Notes under the pieces: model-generated
What the model was told of the DNA's origin: nothing
What the model saw: only the letters and a program-made list of their open reading frames with translations
The model's database searches: none
Part shown: positions 18,000 through 26,757 of the stretch, one piece after another
How positions within the stretch are numbered: the stretch's first letter is position 1
Layout: each line of letters opens with the position of its first letter
DNA from: Dehalococcoidia bacterium
GTDB lineage: Bacteria; Chloroflexota; Dehalococcoidia; Dehalococcoidales; W498
DNA: 64,000 bases
Assembly: GCA_011191875.1 (NCBI GenBank)
Contig: DUFC01000031.1
Location: forward strand, 117,705 to 181,704
Reading direction: 5' to 3'
Made by a program: the position numbers and the translations under genes

Positions 18000-19469
18000 T
18001 CAGTTATTTCCCAGCTTTTCCATCGCAACCATAATCCTCTCCAAACATCTTTCTTTACCCAGCACCACCATCGTCTCAAAGAGAGGAGGGGCAGCAGTGC
18101 GGCCGGTGGTAGCTACCCGAAGTGGGCTGAAAAGTTGCCCCGCATTGAGTCCCAGTTCCTCAGCCAGGGACCGAAGCGTGCCTTCCAACGAATCATGGTC
18201 AAAGCTCTCCAATAAGGATAGCTTTTCTTGAGCGGCTTTCAGTGCCTTGAGTGTAGTTTCGGCGGACATCTTCTTACCCATCAGCGACGATGCGTCATAT
18301 TCCAGTTCATCGAGAAAGAAGAAGTCAGCATATGTCGCAGCCTCCGCCAGTGTGTTTATCCGCTCCCGAATCAGTGGCACAATTCGGCTCACATATTCTT
18401 TAGAGATAGGCCGTTTCACCTCTTCAGGCAATTCGCTTTCTAAAAACGGCATGATTTTACGCAACAACTCTTCGTGGCTCAACTCCCGCAGGGAAACACC
18501 ATTCATCCAGTACAGTTTCTCGTGATTGAAGATAGCAGCGGTCTGACTAACTCTCTCAAGGGAGAAGTTATCTATTAGTTCCTGCCGGGATAAAATCTCG
18601 GTTCTATCATCAAGAGACCAGCCGAGCAGAGCCATGAAGTTCACCATTGACTCGGGTAAATAGCCCTGCCCCCGATACTCAGTTATAGACGATGCCCCGT
18701 GCCGCTTGCTCAATTTCGCCCGGTCAGTCCCCAGTATCATGGGCAAGTGGGCAAACTGCGGCGGCTCAAATTCCAGAGCCTGATACAGAAGCAGATGGCG
18801 GGGAGTACTGGACAGCCACTCCTCAGCCCTGAGCACATGGCTTATATCCATCAGATGGTCGTCAACTACACTGGCTAGATGATAAGTGGGATAGCCATCT
18901 GATTTTAGCAAGATAAAGTCATCAAGGGTATTATTGTCAAATACAACCTGACCGCGGATTAAATCATTAAATCCGGTCTGCCCGGTAAGCGGGGTCTGGA
19001 AACGAACCACTGGTGTGACGCCTTCCTTTTCCTTCGCTGACCTTTCTTCTTCACTTAAGTGGCGGCAGTGCCGGTCATAACCTAACGGTTGCTTGTGCCT
19101 GACCTGTTCAGCCCGCATCTCCTTCAGACGCTGGGGGGAGCAGTAGCAATAATAGGCATCCCCTTGAGAAACCAGCCGCTCGACTGTCTGGCGGTATAGC
19201 TCCAGGCGCTGTGACTGAAAGTAGGGACCATATTTACCTCCTACCTCAGGACCTTCATCCCAATCCAAGCCCAGCCAGCGCAGACCGTCAAGAATAGCCT
19301 CCAGCGCATCCTCAACTTTCCTGGTAACATCGGTATCCTCAATGCGGACAATGAAGCTACCGTTGTGGTGTCTGGCAAAGAGCCAGTTAAACAGTGCCGT
19401 CCTGATATTCCCCACATGAGGATAACCGGTGGGGCTGGGGGCATAGCGGACTCTAACTGAATTAGTCAT
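18000..19469 (-). CDS. gltX: glutamate--tRNA ligase
   Basis: 489 aa. PSPTGYPHVGN (HIGH-like) and KLSKRHG (KMSKS). Confidence 0.9.
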   Translation of the reverse strand: MTNSVRVRYAPSPTGYPHVGNIRTALFNWLFARHHNGSFIVRIEDTDVTRKVEDALEAILDGLRWLGLDWDEGPEVGGKYGPYFQSQRLELYRQTVERLVSQGDAYYCYCSPQRLKEMRAEQVRHKQPLGYDRHCRHLSEEERSAKEKEGVTPVVRFQTPLTGQTGFNDLIRGQVVFDNNTLDDFILLKSDGYPTYHLASVVDDHLMDISHVLRAEEWLSSTPRHLLLYQALEFEPPQFAHLPMILGTDRAKLSKRHGASSITEYRGQGYLPESMVNFMALLGWSLDDRTEILSRQELIDNFSLERVSQTAAIFNHEKLYWMNGVSLRELSHEELLRKIMPFLESELPEEVKRPISKEYVSRIVPLIRERINTLAEAATYADFFFLDELEYDASSLMGKKMSAETTLKALKAAQEKLSLLESFDHDSLEGTLRSLAEELGLNAGQLFSPLRVATTGRTAAPPLFETMVVLGKERCLERIMVAMEKLGNN

Positions 19470-19496
19470 GTAAACTTTCCCTCATAGCCGTAGCTG

Positions 19497-20066
19497 TTAC
19501 TGGCTTTCCTTCTGTTGATATTGTATTGATATAACTTCGGAACCTGTCTCAAATAGCTCAGACTTGATATCGTGAACTAACCCCCACGCTTTGGCTTCAT
19601 CAGGATTTAGTGTAGTTCTTTCTAGCATGGCATCGGTGACATCTTCAACAGTCTTGCCAGTATTTGCAGCTATGACTTTGGCGATATTCTCCATGTCAAT
19701 CTTCAGCCCCTTCAGTCTCTCCTCAAGCTGCTTCTCTTCTAAACGCTCGTTTTTGAAACCAGCACTTACGCCATGAAGTAAAAATCTTGCTTGAGGAACT
19801 GAGAACCTTTTACTGCCCCCACAAAAGACAACAACTCCGATAGAGTCCACACTTCCGAAGTTATGCGTAGTTATGGTTACAGGCAAACCTTTCAGATAGT
19901 TGTAAGCCGATAGCCCGTGAAAAACAGAACCACCAGGGGATGAAATGAGAAGGATGAATTCAGTAGCACCTTGTTTCATCTTTTGGTCAATCGCATTCAT
20001 TAAGGCGTTGATTGTGACATCGACAACGGGAGTAAAAAACTTGATAACAACGGGCTTCATAGGCAT
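19497..20066 (-). CDS. ClpP/S14-family serine protease-like protein
   Basis: ISSPGGSV and a GSVDSIG serine-region pattern. ATG 20066 has AAAGGAGG 8 nt upstream. Only 27 nt separate it from gltX. Confidence 0.65.
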   Translation of the reverse strand: MPMKPVVIKFFTPVVDVTINALMNAIDQKMKQGATEFILLISSPGGSVFHGLSAYNYLKGLPVTITTHNFGSVDSIGVVVFCGGSKRFSVPQARFLLHGVSAGFKNERLEEKQLEERLKGLKIDMENIAKVIAANTGKTVEDVTDAMLERTTLNPDEAKAWGLVHDIKSELFETGSEVISIQYQQKESQ

Positions 20067-20151
20067 GTTACAATCCTCCTTTACTTTAATAGTGGCTAGC
20101 AATTAAATAAACAAGACCATAATCCATTCTACCACCTAACCCCTCAACATT

Positions 20152-21048
20152 CTAGGTAATGTTCTTCAGTGTCTGGGCTAAATCTGGGGGTAGCTCAGAG
20201 GTGAACTCTATATATTCACCGGTGGATGGTAGCTTGAAGCCTAGGCAGCAGGCATGCATGAACTGCCGTGATGAATAGGCACTCTTTAATCCATACGTTG
20301 TGTCTCCTACCACTGGATAGCCAATAGCCGATAGATGAACCCGTATCTGGTGAGTGCGACCGGTTTCGGGCTTGACTTTAAGCAGAGTATAGTCACCTAT
20401 ATACTTGACCACATTATATTGAGTCCAGGCTTCCCTGCCCTTGGTGACTACTGCCATACGCTTTCGGTTCCGGGGGTCACGCCCAATAGGTGCCTCAATA
20501 ACACCGCTCTCTGGGGTGAGGTGTCCTTTAACCAATACCAGATAGGCTTTGACTACAGAATGAGCTTTAAACTGGTCTATCAGGTTAGCCTGAGCTTGTC
20601 TATTCTTGGCTACTAACATCACTCCTGAGGTATCTTTGTCTAGCCGATGCACAATTCCCGGTCGCAGTGAGTCGTCAGTATCAGGCAAGTTGGGTAAGTG
20701 AGACAGAATAGCATTAACCAGGGTATGGCTCAGGTGTCCCGGTGCTGGATGGATAGCCAGCCCGGCTAGTTTATCTATAACTAAAAGGTCATCATCCTCA
20801 TAGATGATATTTAATGGAATAGCCTCAGGCGACAAGGGGTTGGGCGTAGCGGGGGGTATAGTAACGGTCAGCCTATCACCAATGTTGAGTTTAAGTCCCG
20901 TCTTTGTCATACGGTCATTAACAGTGATATGCCCGTCACTAATAAGCTTTTGAACATATGTTCGTGATAGCTCTGGGCACTTCTGACAAACATACTTATC
21001 AAGACGAGCCCCCGGCTCATCAACTATAAAATTATATACTTTGTCCAT
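20152..21048 (-). CDS. rluD: RluA-family 23S rRNA pseudouridine synthase (RluD-like) with an S4 domain
   Basis: HRLDKDTSG catalytic motif and an N-terminal S4-like domain. ATG 21048 lies 1 nt after the lspA stop. Confidence 0.85.
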   Translation of the reverse strand: MDKVYNFIVDEPGARLDKYVCQKCPELSRTYVQKLISDGHITVNDRMTKTGLKLNIGDRLTVTIPPATPNPLSPEAIPLNIIYEDDDLLVIDKLAGLAIHPAPGHLSHTLVNAILSHLPNLPDTDDSLRPGIVHRLDKDTSGVMLVAKNRQAQANLIDQFKAHSVVKAYLVLVKGHLTPESGVIEAPIGRDPRNRKRMAVVTKGREAWTQYNVVKYIGDYTLLKVKPETGRTHQIRVHLSAIGYPVVGDTTYGLKSAYSSRQFMHACCLGFKLPSTGEYIEFTSELPPDLAQTLKNIT

Positions 21049-21049
21049 T

Positions 21050-21550
21050 CTAGTGTTTCTCAGTTTGAGCCAAGCGAAGGAGAGTATAAGCAAATATAAT
21101 GGTGCCAACAACTACAGCCGAATCAGCAATATTAAATGTTGGCCAGATACCAATACTGATAAAATCGGTAACACCACCAAGGTTAGGGTTTAGCCGGTCT
21201 ATCAGGTTACCCAGAGTGCCACCAAGAATTAGGCTAAGGGCTAAATTACTTAGCCTATTGTTTAGAAGAGGGAAATGGCGATAAAAGAAGAGAGCATAGG
21301 CTAAGAGAGCGGTAACACTGACTAAACCAACTATAGTTAGGGCAAAAGACTGCCCTTGAAATAAACCAAAAGCGGCTCCGGTATTGTGGGTATGGATTAT
21401 CTGAAAGAACCCCGCCTTAAAGATTACTTGCTCTTCAGGATAAGACCGTATCCATATCTTACTGAGCTGGTCGGCAGTTACCACCAGTAATGCGGGAAGG
21501 AAGAAACTCACATTCCGCCACTTACCCTGGAGACGATTTCCCTTTTGCAT
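21050..21550 (-). CDS. lspA: lipoprotein signal peptidase II
   Basis: 166 aa with four TM segments. Conserved NxGAAFG and NLIDR...FNIAD motifs. Confidence 0.9.
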   Translation of the reverse strand: MQKGNRLQGKWRNVSFFLPALLVVTADQLSKIWIRSYPEEQVIFKAGFFQIIHTHNTGAAFGLFQGQSFALTIVGLVSVTALLAYALFFYRHFPLLNNRLSNLALSLILGGTLGNLIDRLNPNLGGVTDFISIGIWPTFNIADSAVVVGTIIFAYTLLRLAQTEKH

Positions 21551-21902
21551 TCTTTGTCTGTTGAGCCTTACAATTCAAGCACAGGGTTGCTTGAGGAAGT
21601 GCTTCTAATCGGGCTGGGTCTATAGATTGACCACAAATATCACACAAGCCATAGGTTCCCTCTTCAAACTTGCGCAAAGCATACTCTACTTCAGCCAGAA
21701 GGTCTCTTAGGCGCTTTTCTAAGACTAGCCGCTTCTCTAACTCGAAGCTCTCTGTAGCCTCCTCCTCCCTTTTACCGAAGGGACTACCCTCGCGTCTCTC
21801 ATCAGAAGGACGGATGCTAGCTCTTAATTGCTCTAATTCTTGAGTTAAGCGCTTTTGCTCACTCTCCAAACGCGAGCGAAGCATGTTGAAACCAATAGTC
21901 AC
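21522..21902 (-). CDS. DksA/TraR-family C4 zinc-finger protein
   Basis: C-terminal CDICGQSI...CLNCK with a coiled-coil N-terminus. The GTG 21902 start follows GGGAGGGAGGA; the start is uncertain. Confidence 0.75.
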   Translation of the reverse strand: MTIGFNMLRSRLESEQKRLTQELEQLRASIRPSDERREGSPFGKREEEATESFELEKRLVLEKRLRDLLAEVEYALRKFEEGTYGLCDICGQSIDPARLEALPQATLCLNCKAQQTKNAKGKSSPG

Positions 21903-22023
21903 TTCTTCATCCTCCCTCCCACCTGTCAAGTTTAAGGTGGACCGTTTCTGACCCCCGTTAGGGACTGACAGGTAAGCTATTATACTTAGTGGTTTTTAAG
22001 AGAGCAATGATAGACGGAATAGA

Positions 22024-22791
22024 TTAGTCTAGCATTACCCGTAGCTGGCGGATAGTGCTAACTGCTTGACCTCGCCAGTGATTATTGGCGAAGACAAAGG
22101 TTTTTTCAGTTATACTATCCAGCTTCTGAATCCTAGGTAACCACTCGCTGAGCTCTTGTGGTGTGTAGCTATAATCATACCTCTCATAAGCCTGCTCATG
22201 ATGCCACCACTTGGCATTATTACGCCCATGAAAGCGGACATAGCCTATCTTACTTGTTGCCTCAGCTAGTGGTGGCAACAGATTAGGTAGCTGTGGTTCG
22301 TCAACACAGCAGAAGCCTAAGTCCTGGTGACGAAGCCAGTTAAACACCTCACTTTTTATCCACTGGGCATTACGAAATTCTATCACCATCGGTAGTTCAC
22401 CTAACCGTTTTTTAAATAGCCCGAGGTAATCCCAGTTGCGACGATTGAACCCGAAGCTATAGGGAAACTGAGCCAGGATACAACCCAGCTTCCCGGCAGC
22501 GATAATAGGCTCTAGTACCTGGCAAAAATCTTCAAAAAAAGGGGCATTATCTTCCTGCTGATGAGTCATTTTTTGATTGGCTTTAATACAAAATCGGAAG
22601 CCATCATCTGTTTTCTCTGTCATAGCTTTTAAGCTAGACGGTTTAGGCAGTGCATAAAAGGTTGAGTTTATCTCACAGGTGTTAAATTCACGGGCATAAT
22701 AGGTAAGCCATTCCCGCTTGGGCATACCTACCGGGTAGAAGTTCCCCACCCAGTCGTTATAGCTAAACCCTGAAGTACCAAGGTGTATCAT
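22024..22791 (-). CDS. DUF72 (YecE-like) protein
   Basis: N-terminal GTSGFSYNDWVGNFYP signature. 255 aa. Confidence 0.8.
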   Translation of the reverse strand: MIHLGTSGFSYNDWVGNFYPVGMPKREWLTYYAREFNTCEINSTFYALPKPSSLKAMTEKTDDGFRFCIKANQKMTHQQEDNAPFFEDFCQVLEPIIAAGKLGCILAQFPYSFGFNRRNWDYLGLFKKRLGELPMVIEFRNAQWIKSEVFNWLRHQDLGFCCVDEPQLPNLLPPLAEATSKIGYVRFHGRNNAKWWHHEQAYERYDYSYTPQELSEWLPRIQKLDSITEKTFVFANNHWRGQAVSTIRQLRVMLD

Positions 22792-22895
22792 ATCTTAAGT
22801 GTATCCCATTTACTTCATTTTATCAACCTCACTTATTCGTTAAAATAAACTATTACTGGGGTGACGGTGCTGATAAGATATTGGAGTCCACTAGC

Positions 22896-22924
22896 TTGAC
22901 ACAATACATTGCTCCTGATAGACT
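22896..22924 (+). promoter_or_regulatory. candidate promoter of tRNA-Asp
   Basis: TTGACA, 17-nt spacer, TAGACT, about 55 nt upstream of the tRNA. Confidence 0.4.
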
Positions 22925-22979
22925 TTGGCTAAGAGGAAGTTTTATTTACTAATTCCTATAATTCTTAATGAACTAGGAT

Positions 22980-23053
22980 GGCCCCGTGGTGTAGTGGACT
23001 AACATGCCACCCTGTCACGGTGGAGATCGGGGGTTCGAATCCCCCCGGGGTCG
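22980..23053 (+). tRNA. tRNA-Asp (anticodon GUC)
   Basis: Hand-folded cloverleaf. Acceptor GGCCCCG/CGGGGUC, anticodon loop CUGUCAC, T arm GGGGG-UUCGAAU-CCCCC. CCA is not encoded. Confidence 0.9.
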
Positions 23054-23112
23054 CTTATTACAGCTTCTTGTTGTCAGTGGGACATTATTCATCGGTAAGG
23101 ATTGGAAGCCCA

Positions 23113-24219
23113 TCAATTGAAACATCTCCAATAGTCCTGGTGGTATTTCTTAACCTCCTCTATGACCTTTTTGGTCTCCGGTAAGGAAGAGTCTTCCTTG
23201 AATCTTTGAGGGATTGGCTCTGGTTCTTCGACAATAATATTAATACCGGCCAGTCCAGAAATTAAGGCTAGCCATCCATAAGGCAAAACCTCCTTATTGT
23301 AACCAGAAGCAATTAAATCTATGACTTTGCCATCGCAAATTTTAGCCATTTCTCTCACTTCCTCTCCAATCATTCTGAAGCCTTTTACTGGTAGCCCCAA
23401 ATTGGTCAGCCCGTCATTAAAATGCGGGTCCGAACCACCGTTTCTAATAATAATCTGAGGTTTGAACTCCTCAACTACTGGATAAACTATCTCATCTAGG
23501 ACTGATTGATAGGAATCATAACCAGCATAAACCGGCATTGGGATGTTGATAGTAAACCCTTCTCCACTGTCCAAGCCAATTTGATGGGCGAAACCAGTCC
23601 CTGGATAGAGCGTTCTTGGGTCTTGATGCAGGTCAATAAACAAAACTCTCTGGTCTCTATAGAAATACTCAGAGGTTCCATTTCCAGCGTGGGCATCGGT
23701 ATCTAGGATTAGGATTCTATCCAAATTATATTTGTCTATCAAATTCATAGCACAAAAGGCAACATCATTATAAAGACAAAAACCTTCTCCATAAGCCGGC
23801 TTGGCATGATGCAGTCCGCCACCTATGGATACTACTTTTTCAAACCTGCCTTCTTGAACCAACTGGCAAGCCATCTTAGCTTGTCCAATAATCAGCCTGG
23901 CTGCTTCTTCAAGCTTTCCTGGCTTACCAACCGGTATATTATCTCCACTGTGAAACCGGGGAAATTGACCAGAGTAGCTCAAGCCCAAATTGAGCGCCCT
24001 GTAGCAATCTCTGGTAAAATTAATATAATCTTTTTGGCAGATTAGGAGGAGGTCTTCATCACTCGCCCAGTCTGACTTGAGAATCCGGTAGTTATCATCT
24101 TCAGCTAGATTCTGCCGCAGGAATCGGGGAAATAATTCGTAGCGCTCTCCATGAAAGGGATGACCTGGTCCGAAATCGTATTCCTTCAATTCTTCTCGAT
24201 ATAAAATTGCAATGCTCAT
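23113..24219 (-). CDS. histone deacetylase-family amidohydrolase (AcuC/acetylpolyamine amidohydrolase-like)
   Basis: 368 aa. GGLHHA, DTDAHAGNGT and GGSDPH-type zinc/active-site motifs. Confidence 0.85.
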   Translation of the reverse strand: MSIAILYREELKEYDFGPGHPFHGERYELFPRFLRQNLAEDDNYRILKSDWASDEDLLLICQKDYINFTRDCYRALNLGLSYSGQFPRFHSGDNIPVGKPGKLEEAARLIIGQAKMACQLVQEGRFEKVVSIGGGLHHAKPAYGEGFCLYNDVAFCAMNLIDKYNLDRILILDTDAHAGNGTSEYFYRDQRVLFIDLHQDPRTLYPGTGFAHQIGLDSGEGFTINIPMPVYAGYDSYQSVLDEIVYPVVEEFKPQIIIRNGGSDPHFNDGLTNLGLPVKGFRMIGEEVREMAKICDGKVIDLIASGYNKEVLPYGWLALISGLAGINIIVEEPEPIPQRFKEDSSLPETKKVIEEVKKYHQDYWRCFN

Positions 24220-24345
24220 TTTGCTCCTTTCATATTAGCTGCTTCCCAACTATAATTTAACCCAATGGAATAGAAGTATCAATTGATATACGGTTTTTGC
24301 AACTTCAGCGCAACTTGCTTTCACCTTTATTGTGAGGAAACTACC

Positions 24346-24374
24346 TTGACACTCAATTAATAATTGGATACGAT
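24346..24374 (+). promoter_or_regulatory. candidate sigma70-type promoter
   Basis: TTGACA, 17-nt spacer, TACGAT, 20 nt upstream of the 24394 start region. Confidence 0.4.
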
Positions 24375-24393
24375 TTAGCCAGAGGAGGGTGAG

Positions 24394-24849
24394 ATGACAT
24401 TATCCCTATCTAGTATAGCCTTTCAAGATGGAGAAGGAATCCCGGTTAAGCACACTTGTGAGGGTCAAGATGTATCGCCACCATTAATGTGGAGTGAGCT
24501 TCCACAGGGGACTCAATCTTTAGCCCTTATCGTGGATGATCCAGATGCTCCTGGTGGTGTGTTTAACCACTGGGTTCTATTCAACATTCCATCTGATAAC
24601 CGCCGATTGCCAGAGGCTGTACCTACTCAAGCTCAACTACCCAGCGGTGCGTTACAGGGCAGGAATGGCTTCGGTAGAGTTGGCTATGGTGGTCCCTGCC
24701 CGCCACCGGGTCGTCCTCATCGCTACTGCTTTACTCTTTATGCGCTGGACCGGGTCTTGGATTTGAAGGCAGGTGTATCTAAGAAGCAGGTTCTTGATGC
24801 TATGCAAGGGCACATCCTGGCTCAGGGGAAGCTCACCGGCACCTACTAG
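24394..24849 (+). CDS. YbhB/YbcL-family (PEBP / Raf-kinase-inhibitor-like) protein
   Basis: DDPDAPGG...HWVLFNIP and GYGGPCPP...HRY motifs. Confidence 0.85.
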   Translation: MTLSLSSIAFQDGEGIPVKHTCEGQDVSPPLMWSELPQGTQSLALIVDDPDAPGGVFNHWVLFNIPSDNRRLPEAVPTQAQLPSGALQGRNGFGRVGYGGPCPPPGRPHRYCFTLYALDRVLDLKAGVSKKQVLDAMQGHILAQGKLTGTY

Positions 24850-24919
24850 CGTTAGCTTGCTTATTGGTGTATGGTGTATAATAAATAGTGTAAGCAAAAA
24901 AGGCAGGAGGTGTTGAGCA

Positions 24920-25156
24920 ATGGCGGTAAAAGCTTATGTGCTGATCGAAGCCGATGTAGGTAAAGCAGGTGAGGTAGTGAGTGCCGTCCGAAAGTTAGAG
25001 GGGGTGAAGTCAGCGGATTCAGTAACCGGTTCCTTTGATGTAATTGCAGTTATCGGAGTGGCAAGCTTGGATGGCGTGGGCAGTGTGGTTAAGCAGATTC
25101 ACGCCGTGGGTGGGATTGACAAGACTACAACCTGCATTGGAGTAAAGTATTCTTAA
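24920..25156 (+). CDS. stand-alone Lrp/AsnC-type ligand-binding (RAM) domain protein
   Basis: 78 aa. AYVLIEADVGK...V...L..L.GV pattern. SD GGAGG upstream. Confidence 0.65.
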   Translation: MAVKAYVLIEADVGKAGEVVSAVRKLEGVKSADSVTGSFDVIAVIGVASLDGVGSVVKQIHAVGGIDKTTTCIGVKYS

Positions 25157-25211
25157 AGCGGATAGTGACACCCAAAAGCATGAGTAGAGGTTGATCTTGC
25201 CAGTAAGGAAG

Positions 25212-25451
25212 ATGGCTATATGCTATTCCTGTGGTAGAAGAGTGGCGTATACTCCCTGCTATGAAAGGGAGGCTTTGCCTGAGGATGCCCGCTGTAATGT
25301 GTTGGCCGGTTGGCTAACGGTTACTCGCTGGAAAGGAAAGGGGTCTGTTGACCAGTATGACTTTTGCTCCTTTGGTTGTCTTCAGAAGTGGGTAGAGGCT
25401 CAGATCCCCAAAATCCCTGAGACATTTCTTGATGCCTTTCAAGGCAACTAA
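25212..25451 (+). CDS. hypothetical Cys-rich small protein
   Basis: Contains CYSCGRR...C...C and CSFGC motifs. Its stop TAA is immediately followed by the queF ATG (25452). Confidence 0.5.
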   Translation: MAICYSCGRRVAYTPCYEREALPEDARCNVLAGWLTVTRWKGKGSVDQYDFCSFGCLQKWVEAQIPKIPETFLDAFQGN

Positions 25452-25892
25452 ATGCAGAAAGAGACTACTGGTGAGGGATACAAAGTGGTAGTGGATAAAT
25501 ATACTTCAAGACGGTTTGACATTCAAAAGGAAGAGGCAATCGATTTTGCTGTGCTCGAAGCTATCCCCTTTGATTATCCCGGTTCTGCGACTGAGGTAGT
25601 TTATGAGACCGAGGAGTTTACTTTTGTTTGCCCCTGGACGGGCTTACCTGATTTTGCCCGATTGGCGATAAGATATGTCCCAGACCACTCTTTAGTCGAA
25701 CTCAAGTCCTTAAAATATTATCTTACCTCCTATCGGAATGTGGGAATATTACAGGAGCATGCGGTAAACCGCATCCTTCAAGATTTAGTCCAATTATTAG
25801 ACCCTCTTTCAATGGTAATAGAAGCAAGCTACAAAGAAAGGGGTGGGCTAATAACCAGGGCAATTGCCAGGTACGAGAAGGGACAGCGTTAA
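25452..25892 (+). CDS. queF: NADPH-dependent 7-cyano-7-deazaguanine (preQ0) reductase, unimodular type
   Basis: 146 aa. Catalytic-Cys region [13 protein letters not shown] and the QueF motif [14 protein letters not shown]. Confidence 0.85.
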   Translation: MQKETTGEGYKVVVDKYTSRRFDIQKEEAIDFAVLEAIPFDYPGSATEVVYETEEFTFVCPWTGLPDFARLAIRYVPDHSLVELKSLKYYLTSYRNVGILQEHAVNRILQDLVQLLDPLSMVIEASYKERGGLITRAIARYEKGQR

Positions 25893-25901
25893 GCCCAGCT
25901 A

Positions 25902-26117
25902 TTATTTTAGCCCTTTCTTTGCTGGAGCCAAGCACACCGCGACGGATTGTATTTTACACTCCCGGAATTCGCTTCCCAGCTCTTGTAAGGTTAGTCGGAG
26001 AAAGCAGTCATCCAGATTTAAAGCCAGCTCATTAGCGTCCATTATGCCTTCGAACTCTGCGCATTTATATCCCATAGCTAGACCAAGCTCAAAGAGAATG
26101 GCCATCTTAAAACACAC
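25902..26117 (-). CDS. possible small hypothetical protein
   Basis: 71-aa ORF convergent with queF. Its residue composition looks more protein-like than the overlapping plus-strand ORF. No SD and no family assignment. Confidence 0.25.
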   Translation of the reverse strand: MCFKMAILFELGLAMGYKCAEFEGIMDANELALNLDDCFLRLTLQELGSEFRECKIQSVAVCLAPAKKGLK

Positions 26118-26259
26118 AAAATATATTCATAACTCCGAGGGGCTATCAGTTTAGGCGTTAGTGACAAACAGTTGTCAAGTCTAACCTTATTACTGCGATA
26201 GTGGTATAATTGGGTAGCCAACAAGTCGTGGACTTAGTTTATATCCGAGCAATTGACAG

Positions 26260-26517
26260 ATGTTCCCGATCATAGAAGAGATAGATCTCCATGGCCTGAC
26301 TGTGGATGAGGCTCTCCCCAAGCTCGATGATTTTCTATACGTGGCATTTCAGGCTGGGTTATATCGGGTGTGGGTCATTCACGGTAAGGGTTCAGGTATA
26401 TTGCGTCGGGAAGTTGGACGTTACTTATCAAAACATCCTTTGGTGAGGTTTCATAGAGCAGCCGACCCCCATCACGGGGGCATAGGAGCCACTCAGGTTG
26501 AACTCAGCGAATGGTAG
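26260..26517 (+). CDS. Smr (MutS2 C-terminal-like) domain protein
   Basis: IDLHGLTVDEAL...VIHGKGSGILR pattern. 85 aa. TGgTATAAT extended -10 at 26202-26210. Confidence 0.8.
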   Translation: MFPIIEEIDLHGLTVDEALPKLDDFLYVAFQAGLYRVWVIHGKGSGILRREVGRYLSKHPLVRFHRAADPHHGGIGATQVELSEW

Positions 26518-26757
26518 ATGATTACGAGCAGACTGGAGAACCCTCGACAGCCTCGTATCTGAACCGTCAGGTTTGCTTGTTCTCCGTAATAAACTAATTA
26601 TTCTGTAGCAGTATCACCGGAATTATGATTGCACACTCAGCTCTATCGCGTAACGATGGGGCAAGCAGCTCTCAACTTTTAGGCTAGAATAATGCTAACC
26701 TTTTACTCAGAAACTCGTTATAGTAGGCAGGCGAACATGCTAAGCGGGGTGAATTCA

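Noticed and set aside
22978-23184. ORF 22978..23184 (+, 68 aa).
   Set aside because: It begins inside tRNA-Asp and is simply the tRNA sequence plus spacer read as protein.
25864-26154. Plus-strand ORF 25864..26154 (96 aa) downstream of queF.
   Set aside because: It overlaps the end of queF. Its composition is Ser/Arg/Lys-rich and not protein-like. The opposite-strand ORF 25902..26117 looks marginally more plausible and is itself only a low-confidence call.
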